The notes: generated by a model from the sequence alone, not told the origin. 64,000 bases of DNA from Bacillota bacterium (GCA_009773495.1 WSXW01000008.1:64050-128049), one strand, 5' to 3'. Numbered from the stretch's first letter, positions 1 to 11,041 are shown. Numbers and translations are program-made.

Positions 1-906
1 AAGGCCAGTATTGTAGACGACAAACTATGGTCTCTACCGACCACCGTGCGCACGCTCGCGCTCCTGTGGAACAAAGACCATTTCACCGCAGCTGGACTCG
101 ACCCTGAAAAACCACCCACAACCTGGGCAGAGCTCGTCGAAATGTCCAAGCAGCTTACCAAGCGCGAGGCTAACGGGCAATTGACTCAAGCTGGCTTTGC
201 CTATAACACCGCTGGTCAAGGCCATAACTGGCTAAGAGAAGTACTCCTGCCCCAAGCCGGCGTGCAACTTCTCAGCAACGACGGACGTACCGTTACCTGG
301 AACTCTACCCCTGCAGCCTATGACGCGCTGCAATGGTTTGTAGACCTTGCCAAGAAAGAAAAGGTCGGCGAAATCGGTTTCTTTGACAACGATTCTAACG
401 CCTTTATAAATGGCAAAGCCTCAATTACAGTTGACGGTTCATTCCGTTTAGGCACACTGAGGAAGAATGCCCCTGATCTCAAGTTTGGCGTGGCCGAGCT
501 ACCAGTTAAAGAAGCTGGCGACGACAAGCTGACTTTCGCTTCTTACTGGACCCACGCTATCACCAAGAGCGCCTCTGGTGCCAAGCTCGAGGCAGCAGCT
601 AAGTTCCTGCAGTTTATTACCAGCGAAGCCTCGATGGAGCTCTACATGAAAGAGACAGGTGAATTGGCAGCTCGTAAATCCTTTGCAGCGCGTAAAGACC
701 TGTCCGAAGATCCTAAGCTCGGCGGCTTTGTACGTGGCTTGGCTTATGCCGAAACCACCTTTATGCCAGACGAGTCTATCATTCGTACGGCTATGATCGA
801 CGCTGTAGACAGGATGCTGCTGCAAGGCGCCTCCGCCAAAGACTCCCTAGACCAAGCCGCCAAAGACGCCCAAGCAGCCTACGACGAATTCTACAAGGGC
901 AAATAA
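1..906 (+). CDS. ABC transporter extracellular solute-binding protein (carbohydrate family), 5'-partial (continues upstream of window)
   Basis: Open frame runs from nt 1 with no start in the window and ends at 906. Sequence resembles family-1 sugar SBPs. Two ABC permease genes follow immediately. Confidence 0.75.
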   Translation, partial: KASIVDDKLWSLPTTVRTLALLWNKDHFTAAGLDPEKPPTTWAELVEMSKQLTKREANGQLTQAGFAYNTAGQGHNWLREVLLPQAGVQLLSNDGRTVTWNSTPAAYDALQWFVDLAKKEKVGEIGFFDNDSNAFINGKASITVDGSFRLGTLRKNAPDLKFGVAELPVKEAGDDKLTFASYWTHAITKSASGAKLEAAAKFLQFITSEASMELYMKETGELAARKSFAARKDLSEDPKLGGFVRGLAYAETTFMPDESIIRTAMIDAVDRMLLQGASAKDSLDQAAKDAQAAYDEFYKGK

Positions 907-1139
907 ACGACGAGAACAGGTAACTGTACCACTGATTTGTACTGATTATGGGGGCGGATTGACACTGATTCAACTTAAGGACCTAGGTCGCCTAGGGATG
1001 TCACAATTCCATATCCACAGCAAAACACCTACCCTCTCAGTGCCCTCAGAGTAATCAGGTCTCGTTCAGTGGTGCCGTATCCTCCCTCCCCACGTAATCG
1101 AAGGAGCTGGCTCTCGCGAGTCAGCTCCACTCTAGAAGG

Positions 1140-2069
1140 GTGGCGATAGCAGTGAAACCAGAGCTTAAACCCAGGCACAAAGGACTGACACTGCGTCAAC
1201 AAAACAACCTATGGGCGTATGCCTTCATTGCTGTGCCCGTTATCTACTTCTTTTTAGTCCGGGTATGGCCCACTTTATCTTCATTTAACGTCAGCTTGCG
1301 CAGCTGGAACATCGTCTCTACCAATCGCCCCTTTGTAGGGCTAGACAACTATAAGCAGATGTATGCTGACCCCATATTCCGTAAAGCTTTGTATAACACA
1401 CTGCGATATGTCCTAATCGGTGTGCCAGCACAAATGGTTATAGCCCTAGGCATAGCGCTCTTGATCCAGCGCGTAGTCAAGTTTGCCGGGGTATTTAGAA
1501 CAGCCTATTTTATACCCTTTATTACCTCAGCTGTCGCCGTCAGCTGGGTATGGCGATTTATGTTTATGCGCCACTCCGGCTTGATTAATGGTATACTGCT
1601 TAAACTCGGATTCCCTCAGCAAGGCTTTCTCAACGACCCCCAACAGGCCCTGTGGGTTATTGCCGCCTCGATCATTTGGCAAGGGCTCGGTTTTCAGATT
1701 GTTATCTTCCTCGCAGGGTTATTGACCATCCCCCAGATGTATTATGAAGCTGCACAAATTGATGGGGCCAGCGAATGGCAGATCTTTAAGAACATTACCA
1801 TCCCCCTGCTTAACCCCACCATTGTCTTTTCATCTGTATTGGCGACCATCCGTTTCTTGCAGACCTTTACCCAGATAGTTAACATGAGCAGCCAAGGTCG
1901 CGGTGGGCCCCTCAACAGTACCTTGAGCGTGGTGCTGCATATCTATCAGACCGCCTTTGAGCGCTTTAATATGGGCTATGCCTCGGCCATGACCGTAGTG
2001 CTCTTCCTGATTATTATGGCCATAACTATCTTTCAGCTTAAAGTGCTGACTAAGAAATTTGAGTATTAG
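1140..2069 (+). CDS. carbohydrate ABC transporter permease (MalF/UgpA-like)
   Basis: 309 aa multi-TM protein with an EAA-loop-like region (AAQIDGASEWQIFKNITIPLL). It follows the SBP. Confidence 0.85.
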   Translation: MAIAVKPELKPRHKGLTLRQQNNLWAYAFIAVPVIYFFLVRVWPTLSSFNVSLRSWNIVSTNRPFVGLDNYKQMYADPIFRKALYNTLRYVLIGVPAQMVIALGIALLIQRVVKFAGVFRTAYFIPFITSAVAVSWVWRFMFMRHSGLINGILLKLGFPQQGFLNDPQQALWVIAASIIWQGLGFQIVIFLAGLLTIPQMYYEAAQIDGASEWQIFKNITIPLLNPTIVFSSVLATIRFLQTFTQIVNMSSQGRGGPLNSTLSVVLHIYQTAFERFNMGYASAMTVVLFLIIMAITIFQLKVLTKKFEY

Positions 2070-2910
2070 GGGGGTAGAGATGAACGAGAGCATCTCCAGA
2101 CGCAAGATTGTCCAGGCTGTAATCTACGCCCTCTTGATCATAGGGTCGATAGTAATGCTGTTCCCATTTGTATGGATGTTATCTACTTCGTTTAAGCTCC
2201 CATCCGAGGTTTACGATCTCAATATTGTGCCAAAGACCTTTACCCTTGACAATTACCGCACCGTACTTACCAGCAACATGTTTGGCCGCTGGTTCGTTAA
2301 TAGTCTCTTGATTGCAGTTATCAGCACCGTCACTACAGTCTTTTTTGCCTCCATGGTCGGATACGCCTTCGCCAAGAAGAAATTCCCCGGCCAGAACTTC
2401 TTCTTCCTAATGATCTTGAGTTCTCTCATGGTGCCGGTAGAAATGCTGATTATTCCCTGGTACATCACAGCTGTAAAGTACGGCTGGACAGACAGCTACT
2501 GGGGCATTATGTTCCCCGGGCTGATCACGGCCTTTGGCGTGTTCTTAATGAAGCAATTTATGGAGGGCGTGCCTACAGATATGCTCGATGCCGCCCGTAT
2601 CGATGGTATGAGCGAGCTTGGCATCTGGTGGCACATCGCCATGCCGCAGGTGCGCTCAGCTCTAGCGGCACTCGGCATCTTCACCTTTTTGGGCACGTGG
2701 AATGCCTTTCTCTGGCCAGTGATAATTATAGACAGCCCGCATATGCGTACGCTGCCGGTAGGCATCTCGCTCTTTGCTACGGAGAATGCCGCCAACTGGC
2801 ACCTCTCTATGACGGCAGCGGCGATTGCCTTAATCCCCGTGCTGGTCGTCTTTGCTATCTTCCAGAAGCACATTATCGAGGGTATAACCATTACGGGGAT
2901 GAAGGGGTAG
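2059..2910 (+). CDS. carbohydrate ABC transporter permease (MalG/UgpE-like)
   Basis: 283 aa with 6 predicted TM segments and an ARIDGMSELGIWWHIAMP EAA motif. Its start overlaps the stop of the upstream permease. Confidence 0.85.
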   Translation: MSIRGVEMNESISRRKIVQAVIYALLIIGSIVMLFPFVWMLSTSFKLPSEVYDLNIVPKTFTLDNYRTVLTSNMFGRWFVNSLLIAVISTVTTVFFASMVGYAFAKKKFPGQNFFFLMILSSLMVPVEMLIIPWYITAVKYGWTDSYWGIMFPGLITAFGVFLMKQFMEGVPTDMLDAARIDGMSELGIWWHIAMPQVRSALAALGIFTFLGTWNAFLWPVIIIDSPHMRTLPVGISLFATENAANWHLSMTAAAIALIPVLVVFAIFQKHIIEGITITGMKG

Positions 2911-3095
2911 TATTGTTGCTACTACCTACCAAAACGGCATAGGCATTGCCGGTGCAATTATCATGTTTCTGGTATCCTTCAACCCCTTCATAAAATTCAG
3001 TCCCTTCTGTTACCCGACAGCCAGCCTGCGAAAAGGGTGGCGATAGGGCGTGTCAACAAGAAGAATTAGCATCTTTTTTTGAAACGACTAAAGAT

Positions 3096-3973
3096 GTGAA
3101 AAGAATTTTACAAAACTTAACGATGGTGAACGGCTCGCCAATTTTACCGGAAAAAACTTTAATTATATTTGATGAAATACAGGAGTGCAACAAGGCGCTC
3201 AATACACTAAAGTATTTCTGCGAGAAGGCACCGGAATATCATCTAGCTTGCGCAGGTTTGCTTTTAGGGATTGCCCTGTCTAAGCCCTCATCATTTCCTG
3301 TAGGTAAAGTTGACTTTATTACTATCAATCCAATGAGCTTTACTGAATTTTTAATTGCCAATGGTGATGAGAATTTAGTGGACTATCTGAAAAGTATTGA
3401 TGTAATTGAACTAGTGCAGTAAAAGATGGCGCAAGGGCAAGGGAGTATGAAGATGCTGTTACCTGGCTGTGCAATGCCGGTATGGCCTATAAGATATATA
3501 GAAGTACAAAACCCGGACTACCCATGTCTGCTTATGATGATTTGACAGCTTTCAAATTATATGCCGTGGATACTGGATTGTTACGTAGATTGGCGCATCT
3601 TGATCCTATTGCTTTTAATGAAGGTATCCGTCTGTTTACTGAATTTAAAAGTGCATTGGCCGAAAACTTTATATTACAAGGTTTAGCGGACAAATATGAA
3701 GCAATACCGAGATATTGGACATCGGGAGGGCAGGCGGAAGTCGACTTTATCATCCAACGCGGTAATGATATTATCCCAATCGAAGTAAAAGCTGAGCAAA
3801 ATATTAATAGTAGAAGTCTCACGTTATATAGACAAAAATATCAAGCTGAAACAAAAATACGCTTAAGGTTTTCACTTAGGAATCTGAAACAAGACGGAAA
3901 CTTATTAAATATCCCGCTTTTCATGATCGATTATGTAGATAAGCTTATAGAGCTGGGATTAAAAAATAGCTGA
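3096..3973 (+). pseudogene. AAA-ATPase/DUF4143 family gene, 5'-truncated and frameshifted (two ORF pieces 3096-3422 and 3482-3973)
   Basis: LIIFDEIQ (Walker B-like) is present but there is no Walker A. The region 3422-3482 reads as DUF4143 in a third frame. The C-terminal piece matches the end of the intact paralog at 54427-55890. Local GC is about 35% against about 50% in the flanks. Confidence 0.6.
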
Positions 3974-4027
3974 GCCCCCTATTATCTATAGGGCGGCTGG
4001 AACCGTGACATTTAGCTCTTCAAGCTC

Positions 4028-4200
4028 TTAGCCTAGGTTCTCGGACGACTTCGCCTCTAGTGGGATAATGTTGCCTTGCCTGTCCTGGAACACGAAGTCT
4101 AGCTCAGCCTTACCCTCAGAGGACCAGTAGTACGTTCCATAAAGTGTAGTCACCTCACATTTATTATAACTATAATGTGATCGCAGCAATATCCCCATTT
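4028..4200 (-). pseudogene. DUF4143 C-terminal remnant (inverted relative to 3096-3973 fragment)
   Basis: The tail of minus ORF 4028-4450 (YYWSSEGKAELDFVFQDRQGNIIPLEAKSSENLG) parallels YWTSGGQAEVDFIIQRGNDIIPIEVKAEQN of the plus-strand fragment. The rest of that ORF is antisense read-through. Confidence 0.4.
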
Positions 4201-4242
4201 TGAGCCCCTTTCCTTGCAGAAGTAGCCAACGCTTTATGAGGA

Positions 4243-4410
4243 TGTCCAGGCTGTAATCTACGCCCTCTTGATCATAGGGTCGATAGTGCCGGTAGAGATG
4301 CTGATTATTCCCTGGTACATCACAGCTGTAAAGTACGGCTGGACAGACAGCTACTGGGGCATTATGTTCCCCGGGCTGCTCACGGCCTTTGGCGTGTTCT
4401 TTGATGAAGG
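4243..4410 (+). repeat. degraded partial duplicate of the ABC permease gene (copy of about 2106-2152 joined to about 2434-2560, with internal deletion of about 280 bp and point differences)
   Basis: Near-identical strings to the 2059-2910 permease: attgtccaggctgtaatctacgccctcttgatcatagggtcgatagt, then gtgccggtaga[g/a]atgctgattattccctggtacatcacagctgtaaagtacggctggacagacagctactggggcattatgttccccgggctg. Confidence 0.8.
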
Positions 4411-4430
4411 GATAACACACTAGTATAAAA

Positions 4431-5273
4431 TCAGCTATGTCCGAACACATCTGCCAGTGTGCAGGTCAAAGACCCAGAGGCTGCGGAGTCCAATACACGG
4501 GATTCAGCTTTGAATAGTGGCATGATTCCCAATAGCGAGTTCGTCAGAAAGGCTTCGTCCGCTTGTTTGAAGTCCTGTGGAGTCAGAACTGTCTCCCTGA
4601 CGGCTAGGCCCTTCTCTTTACAGAGTTCCAGCACTTTGCCGCGGATAATTCCCGGCAGGGCCCCGTCTGCAATGCGGGGGGTGAGGATTTCACCATCTTT
4701 GATCAGAAACAAGTTGGAGACAGAACCTTCCGCGAGGTGGCCCTTGGTATTTAGGAGGATAGCTTCGTCCGCGTTCCGGGATCGCGCCTCTTTTCTGGCG
4801 AGAATACTGTCCATGAAGTTGGTTGTTTTATGACGGGATAGGGGAGATTGTTCATTGCGGCGGGTGGTTTGGGCAATAAGGGCGGTGAGGCCCCGCTCGT
4901 AGAGACTTTGTGTGTACTGTTCACCACGGCGGAAGGTAATCAGGATGTTTAAAGTGCTGTCCGGAGCGCATAGGAGACCTTCGCTCTCTTGGGGGGAGAT
5001 TGTGAGACGAAGTGCTGCGGCCTCTAAGGCGTTGGCTTCAATGACTTCCCGGACGGAATCAGTAAGCTTATCCTGAGAAGGTGCGTTGTAGTCGAACGCG
5101 ACACAGGAGGTAAGGAGCCGCTGCAGATGCTCAGCAAAGTAGACCGGTTTTCCCCGGCGAACGAGCATGGTCTCAAAGAGGCCGTCGCCCAGTAGGTAGG
5201 AACGGTCTGTAACGCCAAGGCGGCAGTCGGTTGTGGGCAATAGAGCGCCGTTAAGATAGTAGCAGTCAGTCAC
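4431..5273 (-). CDS. pabC: aminodeoxychorismate lyase / class IV aminotransferase
   Basis: 280 aa with a class-IV aminotransferase fold pattern. It lies immediately downstream of pabB-pabA in the folate operon with overlapping stop/start. Confidence 0.65.
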   Translation of the reverse strand: MTDCYYLNGALLPTTDCRLGVTDRSYLLGDGLFETMLVRRGKPVYFAEHLQRLLTSCVAFDYNAPSQDKLTDSVREVIEANALEAAALRLTISPQESEGLLCAPDSTLNILITFRRGEQYTQSLYERGLTALIAQTTRRNEQSPLSRHKTTNFMDSILARKEARSRNADEAILLNTKGHLAEGSVSNLFLIKDGEILTPRIADGALPGIIRGKVLELCKEKGLAVRETVLTPQDFKQADEAFLTNSLLGIMPLFKAESRVLDSAASGSLTCTLADVFGHS

Positions 5274-6706
5274 AGGTTCACCTCCGGGAATTGGGAGACG
5301 CCCAGACTCTTCAGCAGCGCTTTAGCTTTATGGAGAGTCTCTTCGTATTCCAGGCTGGCCTCTGAATCGAAAACAATGCCGCCGCCAACCTGCAGATGTA
5401 CATTTTCCCCTTTGTTAATGAGGGTACGGATAACAATATTTAAATCGGCGTGGCCGTCAAATCCAATATAGCCGATGGAGCCGGTGTAGATGCCTCGGCG
5501 GACTGGTTCTAGCTCTTCGATGATTTCCATGGCCCGGATTTTTGGGGTGCCGGTAATGGAACCGCCGGGGAAGGACGCTTTTAACAGGTCTATGGCGTCT
5601 TTGCCGGGGGCCAGTTCACCGCGGATGGTGGACACCAGGTGGAACACGGTGGCATACTCTTCCAGAACGATCAGTTCCGGAACGCGGACGGTGCTGTAAG
5701 AGCAGACCCGCCCCAGGTCGTTTCTTTGCAGGTCAATAATCATGACCAGCTCGGCGCGGTCTTTTTCACTGACAAGGAGTTCCTCGCGGTTGGCTTTGTC
5801 TTCTTCCGGCGTTTTGCCGCGGGGGCGTGTACCTTTGATGGGGCGTGACTCCACCACATTGTTTTCCAAGCGGAGAAAGCGCTCCGGTGAAGAACTGAGG
5901 ACACGGAGATTATCGCCGCAGTCCAGGTAAGCGGCAAAAGGTGCCGGATTGGCCTGGCGGAGCCGCCGGTAGAGCTGATAAGGTGGCATGCGCAGAGGCG
6001 CGTCCAAGCGCTGCGTCATATTTGCCTGGTAGATATCACCGGCTACGATATAATCCTTAATAGTCTCCACGGCCCTGCAGTAGTCAGCATAGCTGAAGTG
6101 TGTGCGGATATCTGCGGTGTCGATAGCGGGCTCTGACCATGGATCGGATAGCTTGGGTGCGGGTTGTGTTAGTTTTTCTTTAAATAGGGCCAAGTCAGCT
6201 ACTGCCTTGGCAGCAGCCTTTTCGCCCTCTGCGGGGAGGCCGGAGGCGATAATGTAGGCCCGGTTTTCCAGGTGTTCAACAGCAAGGATGGTATGATAGA
6301 AACCGAGAGAGATATCGGGGACGTTCAAATCGTTTGTAGTCCGGTCCGGTATGCGCTCCGCCATGCGGCCGAGGTCATATGAAAAAAAGCCCACAGCGCC
6401 GCCGAGGAAAGGGATGTTCAGGTCCCCCCGCTCCAGAGGGAAGCGGTTAAGCTGTGTGCGCAGAACAGTAAAGGGATTGGCCGTAGTTTGAAGGGTTACG
6501 CCCTTTTCTTCGATACGGATGTCCCGGCCAAATGTTTTCAGAACCAAGAAAGGGTCGCTGCCTATAAAGGACCAGCGGCCCATTTTACCGCCTGGAAGGC
6601 TGCTGTCGAGCCAAAACGGATACGGGTCGTCTGTAAATAAGGAAAATATTTCTTCAAGGGGACGATCCAACACCAATTCCTCAACAATAGGTCTTAGCCG
6701 ACTCAC
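5270..6706 (-). CDS. pabB: aminodeoxychorismate synthase component I (chorismate-binding enzyme)
   Basis: 478 aa with chorismate-utilising enzyme motifs ([18 protein letters not shown]). Sits between pabA and pabC. Confidence 0.8.
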   Translation of the reverse strand: MSRLRPIVEELVLDRPLEEIFSLFTDDPYPFWLDSSLPGGKMGRWSFIGSDPFLVLKTFGRDIRIEEKGVTLQTTANPFTVLRTQLNRFPLERGDLNIPFLGGAVGFFSYDLGRMAERIPDRTTNDLNVPDISLGFYHTILAVEHLENRAYIIASGLPAEGEKAAAKAVADLALFKEKLTQPAPKLSDPWSEPAIDTADIRTHFSYADYCRAVETIKDYIVAGDIYQANMTQRLDAPLRMPPYQLYRRLRQANPAPFAAYLDCGDNLRVLSSSPERFLRLENNVVESRPIKGTRPRGKTPEEDKANREELLVSEKDRAELVMIIDLQRNDLGRVCSYSTVRVPELIVLEEYATVFHLVSTIRGELAPGKDAIDLLKASFPGGSITGTPKIRAMEIIEELEPVRRGIYTGSIGYIGFDGHADLNIVIRTLINKGENVHLQVGGGIVFDSEASLEYEETLHKAKALLKSLGVSQFPEVNL

Positions 6707-7296
6707 TGGCTCCCCCCCTTTTCGTGCGCCTGGCAGCGCAGGAAATTAGCAAGCAGTTCCATGCCGTGCTCTGTGAGGATTGCTTCCGGGTGGAACTGGA
6801 TCCCTTCCAGGAAGGGAAGATGTTTGTGACGGAGCCCCATAATATCTCCCTGCTCTGTTACGGCGGTAATTTCCAGGCAGTCCGGGAGGGTCTCCCGCTC
6901 CACCAAGAGGGAATGATAGCGTGTAGCCCAAAAAGGCGTGGGGAGGCCGGAGAAAACTCCTTTACTGCAGTGTTTGATGAGCGATGTTTTGCCGTGGACC
7001 GGCACTCCTGCGCGGATGATACGGCCGCCAAAAACCTGTCCCAGGCACTGGTGCCCGAGGCAGATGCCCAAGATAGGAATTTCTCCGGCGAAACGGCGGA
7101 TTACATCCATGGAGATGCCGGCTTCGCTTGGTGTACAGGGGCCGGGTGAAATGACAATGCGGTCGGGATTCAGCCCGGCGATACCTTCCAAGGTAATGCA
7201 ATTGTTGCGAAAGACGCGAATTTCAGCGCCGAGTTCGCCCAGGAACTGTACCAGATTGTATGTGAAGGAATCGTAGTTGTCGATCATCACAAGCAT
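6703..7296 (-). CDS. pabA: aminodeoxychorismate/anthranilate synthase component II (class I glutamine amidotransferase)
   Basis: 197 aa GATase1 with a GICLGHQ catalytic Cys motif and a translationally coupled stop/start. Confidence 0.8.
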   Translation of the reverse strand: MLVMIDNYDSFTYNLVQFLGELGAEIRVFRNNCITLEGIAGLNPDRIVISPGPCTPSEAGISMDVIRRFAGEIPILGICLGHQCLGQVFGGRIIRAGVPVHGKTSLIKHCSKGVFSGLPTPFWATRYHSLLVERETLPDCLEITAVTEQGDIMGLRHKHLPFLEGIQFHPEAILTEHGMELLANFLRCQAHEKGGSQ

Positions 7297-7300
7297 AAGC

Positions 7301-7768
7301 TCACCTGCTTTGGCGGTAATTGTTTAAAAGCTCTCGTATAGTCAAATTGTCGGGCGGGACAGGCACGTCCGGCCCGATTTCAGTCAGAGGCAGCAGGACA
7401 AATTCCCGTTCCTTCATACGCGGATGAGGGATAGTAAGATTGGGTTCATCCATTACCCAGTCGTCATATAAAAGTATATCGATATCTAGGGTGCGCGGCC
7501 CCCAGCGGATAGTGCGGATACGACCCGCCTCCTCTTCGATGGTCTGCAACACCCAGAGGAGTGTATACGGGTCTAGTATTGTCCGGATTTCTACAACCGT
7601 ATTTATAAATTTACCCTGTTCCAGATAACCAACAGGGTCGGTTTCCAGGTATGGGGCGACCTGAATCAGTTCGATACCCGGGTGCTGACGCAGGCGGCAT
7701 ACGGCAAAATCCAGCTCATTTTTTCGCTCGCCCAAGTTGCTGCCAAGTCCCAGGAAGACTCGTGGCAT
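7301..7768 (-). CDS. folK: 2-amino-4-hydroxy-6-hydroxymethyldihydropteridine diphosphokinase
   Basis: 155 aa HPPK-like protein ([14 protein letters not shown]) in the folate operon. Confidence 0.85.
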   Translation of the reverse strand: MPRVFLGLGSNLGERKNELDFAVCRLRQHPGIELIQVAPYLETDPVGYLEQGKFINTVVEIRTILDPYTLLWVLQTIEEEAGRIRTIRWGPRTLDIDILLYDDWVMDEPNLTIPHPRMKEREFVLLPLTEIGPDVPVPPDNLTIRELLNNYRQSR

Positions 7769-8124
7769 CAGGTGCGGCTCCTTTCAATCTCCACCGCGGC
7801 ATAATCCATTTGTCCGGGGATGGGGGGGTGGAGTTTTTTTACTCTGACGCGCACCCACAGCGCACCCATATCGAGGACATTGTCAGCGATGGTTTCCGCC
7901 AGCCTCTCCAGGAGTTTCACAGGAGTTCCTGCCATGATTTTTTTCACCGCGTCATAAACCTCGGCGTAGTTTAATGACAGGGCTAGGTCGTCGCTTAGGC
8001 CGGCGGCGCTAGTGTTCGTGCCGATAACCAGGCTGACGGCGAAGCGCTGGCCGAGGCGGTTTTCTTCCGCCAGAACACCGTGGTAACCGTAAAACAGCAT
8101 GTTCTCCAGGATAATTTTATCCAA
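7768..8124 (-). CDS. folB: dihydroneopterin aldolase
   Basis: 118 aa with an N-terminus (MDKIILENMLFYGYHGVLAEE) typical of FolB. Located between folP and folK. Confidence 0.8.
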   Translation of the reverse strand: MDKIILENMLFYGYHGVLAEENRLGQRFAVSLVIGTNTSAAGLSDDLALSLNYAEVYDAVKKIMAGTPVKLLERLAETIADNVLDMGALWVRVRVKKLHPPIPGQMDYAAVEIERSRT

Positions 8125-8949
8125 TTAAAATCCTCCTCGCATCATGGCGTCTGTCATACGCGCCACCCTGCTCATCGCTTGGACGTCGTGGACGCGGACA
8201 ATACTGGCTCCGAGGGCAATACCAAATGCAACAGTCGCGGCCGTCCCCTCCAGCCGCTGGTCAACCGGCAGGTTGAGAACCTTGCCGATCACCGATTTGC
8301 GGGATGTGCCCAGCAGGACGGGGTAGCCCAGTGATGCAACCTCATTTAAACGCTTCATTACAATAAGGTTGTGGGCCGGTGTCTTGCCAAAGCCAATCCC
8401 CGGGTCAAGAATAATATTTTCCTCGCGGACGCCGCTGGCGCTGGCCAGGGCGGCACTGGCCAAAAGATCGGCCCTGATTTCCGACATCAAGTCATGGTAG
8501 ACGGCCTCCGCGCGGTTGTGCATCAGACAGATGGGCACACCGGCGGAGGCGGCCAGCTTCAGCATGTTATGGTCCCTGCGGCCGCCCCAGACATCGTTAA
8601 GCATAGCGGCTCCGGCGGCCAGAGCTTGTCGGGCCACCGAGACTTTGTAGGTGTCGATGGAGACCGGAGTATCAGTGGCGGCACAGATAGCGCGGATTAC
8701 AGGGATAACACGCGCCGCTTCCTCTTCCGCACCAAGCGGTTTGTGATCAGGGCGGGTGGATTCACCGCCGATGTCGATGATGTCGGCTCCTTCGTCTACC
8801 ATGCGGAGGGCGTGCTCTACCGCTTTCTTGGGGTCATAAAAAAGCCCGCCGTCGGAAAACGAATCGGGCGTCACATTGAGAATCCCCATAATCAAGGTGT
8901 TGTTTTTCAGGTTGTATTCTTTCCCCTTGATAATCATTTTCCTCGTCAT
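8125..8949 (-). CDS. folP: dihydropteroate synthase
   Basis: 274 aa with pterin-binding DHPS motifs (ILNVTPDSFSDGG, DIIDIGGESTRP). Confidence 0.85.
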   Translation of the reverse strand: MTRKMIIKGKEYNLKNNTLIMGILNVTPDSFSDGGLFYDPKKAVEHALRMVDEGADIIDIGGESTRPDHKPLGAEEEAARVIPVIRAICAATDTPVSIDTYKVSVARQALAAGAAMLNDVWGGRRDHNMLKLAASAGVPICLMHNRAEAVYHDLMSEIRADLLASAALASASGVREENIILDPGIGFGKTPAHNLIVMKRLNEVASLGYPVLLGTSRKSVIGKVLNLPVDQRLEGTAATVAFGIALGASIVRVHDVQAMSRVARMTDAMMRGGF

Positions 8950-8959
8950 AAGGCCTCCA

Positions 8960-9529
8960 TTACCGGCCGCCCTTTAAGAGGGAGAACGCCTCCGCCCTTG
9001 TCAGATGGTTGGTGCGGAAGATGCCCCTGACGGCTGAAGTCACGGTAGTGGAGCCGGGCTTGTTCACGCCGCGCATAGTCATACAGAGATGTTCCGCTTC
9101 AATGACCACCAGTACGCCTTTGGCATCGAGCTTCTTGGTAATAGTTTCGGCAATTTCGGTGGTTAACCGTTCCTGTAGCTGCGGACGGCGGGCCAGTGTC
9201 TCCACAACACGGACCAGTTTGCTTAAGCCGGCGATTTTATCCGGGTTTGGGATGTAAGCCACATGGGCCCTCCCGTAGAAAGGCAACAAATGGTGTTCGC
9301 ACATGGAATAGATGCTGATATCCTTAACCATAACCATTTCATCATGCTTTTCCTCATAGAAACAGGTCGCCAGATGATCGCCGGGGTCGCAGTGCAATCC
9401 CGAAAAAACTTCGGAATACATTTTAGCCACCCGGGACGGCGTGTCCTGCAGGCCCTCCCGGTCGGGGTCCTCACCAATCGCTTCCAGAATCATACGTACG
9501 GCCTTCTGGATTTTTTGCTGATCTATCAT
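8960..9529 (-). CDS. folE: GTP cyclohydrolase I
   Basis: 189 aa with FolE motifs ([23 protein letters not shown]). First gene of the operon, with a divergent promoter region at 9530-9756. Confidence 0.9.
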   Translation of the reverse strand: MIDQQKIQKAVRMILEAIGEDPDREGLQDTPSRVAKMYSEVFSGLHCDPGDHLATCFYEEKHDEMVMVKDISIYSMCEHHLLPFYGRAHVAYIPNPDKIAGLSKLVRVVETLARRPQLQERLTTEIAETITKKLDAKGVLVVIEAEHLCMTMRGVNKPGSTTVTSAVRGIFRTNHLTRAEAFSLLKGGR

Positions 9530-9756
9530 AATGCCTCCAGATAAAAGTATTTTTTACTGTAATTCTTCATCGCTCCCTCTTTCCCTGCCGTGTTGGACTG
9601 TTTTTTAAGGTCCCGGCAAGAGACTGGCTAGGTACAAGGTATTGTCGGCTCTATTACAAATGTTTTGCCATGGTGCTTGTAATAGGAGAATTGGTGTTCC
9701 GCGTCGAAAGCTATAGGGAGAATGCGTACAACGAACAGAATCAGGAGGGAATTAAT

Positions 9757-11041
9757 TGTGCATGACGAAGCAGAAATCTCCTTGCGTGAAATTATCGAGG
9801 TACTACTAAAGTTTAAAGGGCTAATTGCCTTAGTCACAGCATCGGCAGTTTTAGCCGCCAGCATCGCTGTGTTCTGGGTAATAGAGCCCAAGTATGAGGC
9901 AGAAGCCAAATTGATCGTTGCAGACTTTAAGCCCAGCACTGAAGCCATTAGTACCGATTTAGTAGGCGGGCTTCCCATCTATCCTGATTTCACTATAGAT
10001 AGCTACCGAGAGCAGTTAAAGAACCCAGAGGTCATGGAGAAAGTCCTAGCGGAACTTAATCTTAGTGAATTAGGTTATACCGTCTCCTCACTATCTAGGG
10101 CCGTCTCAGTCGAAGCGATTAGGGGCACCAATCTTATTAAGATCAAAGTAAGAGATGGCTCCCCAGAGCTAGCCGCCCAAATAGCCAATGCCCTTGCCTT
10201 AAACTTTACGGAGTTCATTACTACGCTAACCCAAGAACAGGCCAGCAAGACCTTGGACCTTCTAGAAGAGGCGTTGCTCATCCAAGATGCCAATCTTAAT
10301 GCAGCTCAGTTAGCATATTCCAACTTCCTAAAACAACCTAATGGAGTAGCAGAGCTTGGGAGCGAGATATCGTCCAAAATTTCACAAATAACCTCCTTCA
10401 AGAGCATTCTTGCTCAGCTTGAGATTGACATAGCGGTCGAAACAGCCGCTCAGCTTTCCACCCAGGCACAGTTGGCGCAAACCGAGCGATACTTATATAC
10501 TACAAAGACCATTGTAGACGATCCCGTGCTTTACAACCTGGTGCAAGGTCAAGAAACCACTGGTGGAACAGCCCTGCTTGAGGTCAAGAGCCAAGAGCAC
10601 AATCCATTATATTTAAGCTTACAAGCAGGTCTCAGCACGAGAGTAACAACTCTAGCTCGTTTACGTGCACAAAACAAAGATACGATAGCTAGATTAACGC
10701 AACTCCAAGTCCGTCTGGAAACACTTCAGGTCGATCTAGCAGATAAAACCTATCAGGCGGAGTTACTACAGAGGAACGTAGCCGTGGCTCAGAAGAGCTT
10801 TAATACATACATAGATAGGCGCGAAGAAGTTCGTATCGCCCAATCTGCCAAGCTAGGCGAGGCGGCAGTAGTCATTTCATCGCGTGCTGTGGCACCCATA
10901 GTGCCAGTGTCGCCAAAGAAACTGCTAACGTTGGTCGTCGCAGCATTCGCAGGTATGATGATAGGTGTCTTTTCCGCTTTTCTCAAGGGTTACTGGGATG
11001 CCACGACTCCCGCTGGCCGTTCTCGCCCAGTGGTTGGCTAG
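9757..11041 (+). CDS. Wzz-like polysaccharide chain-length determinant protein (no kinase domain seen)
   Basis: About 428 aa with N- and C-terminal TM helices and a long coiled periplasmic region. The N-terminus EISLREIIEVLLKFKG resembles the Wzz consensus. A strong RBS (aggagg) precedes the GTG at 9757; the ORF track starts at 9722. Confidence 0.7.

Noticed and set aside
4028-4450. 140-aa minus-strand ORF as a single gene
   Set aside because: Only its last 50 codons or so resemble DUF4143; the remainder is antisense of the duplicated permease fragment.
8371-9030. 219-aa plus-strand ORF
   Set aside because: Entirely antisense to folP/folE and Gly/Arg-rich low-complexity translation; spurious.
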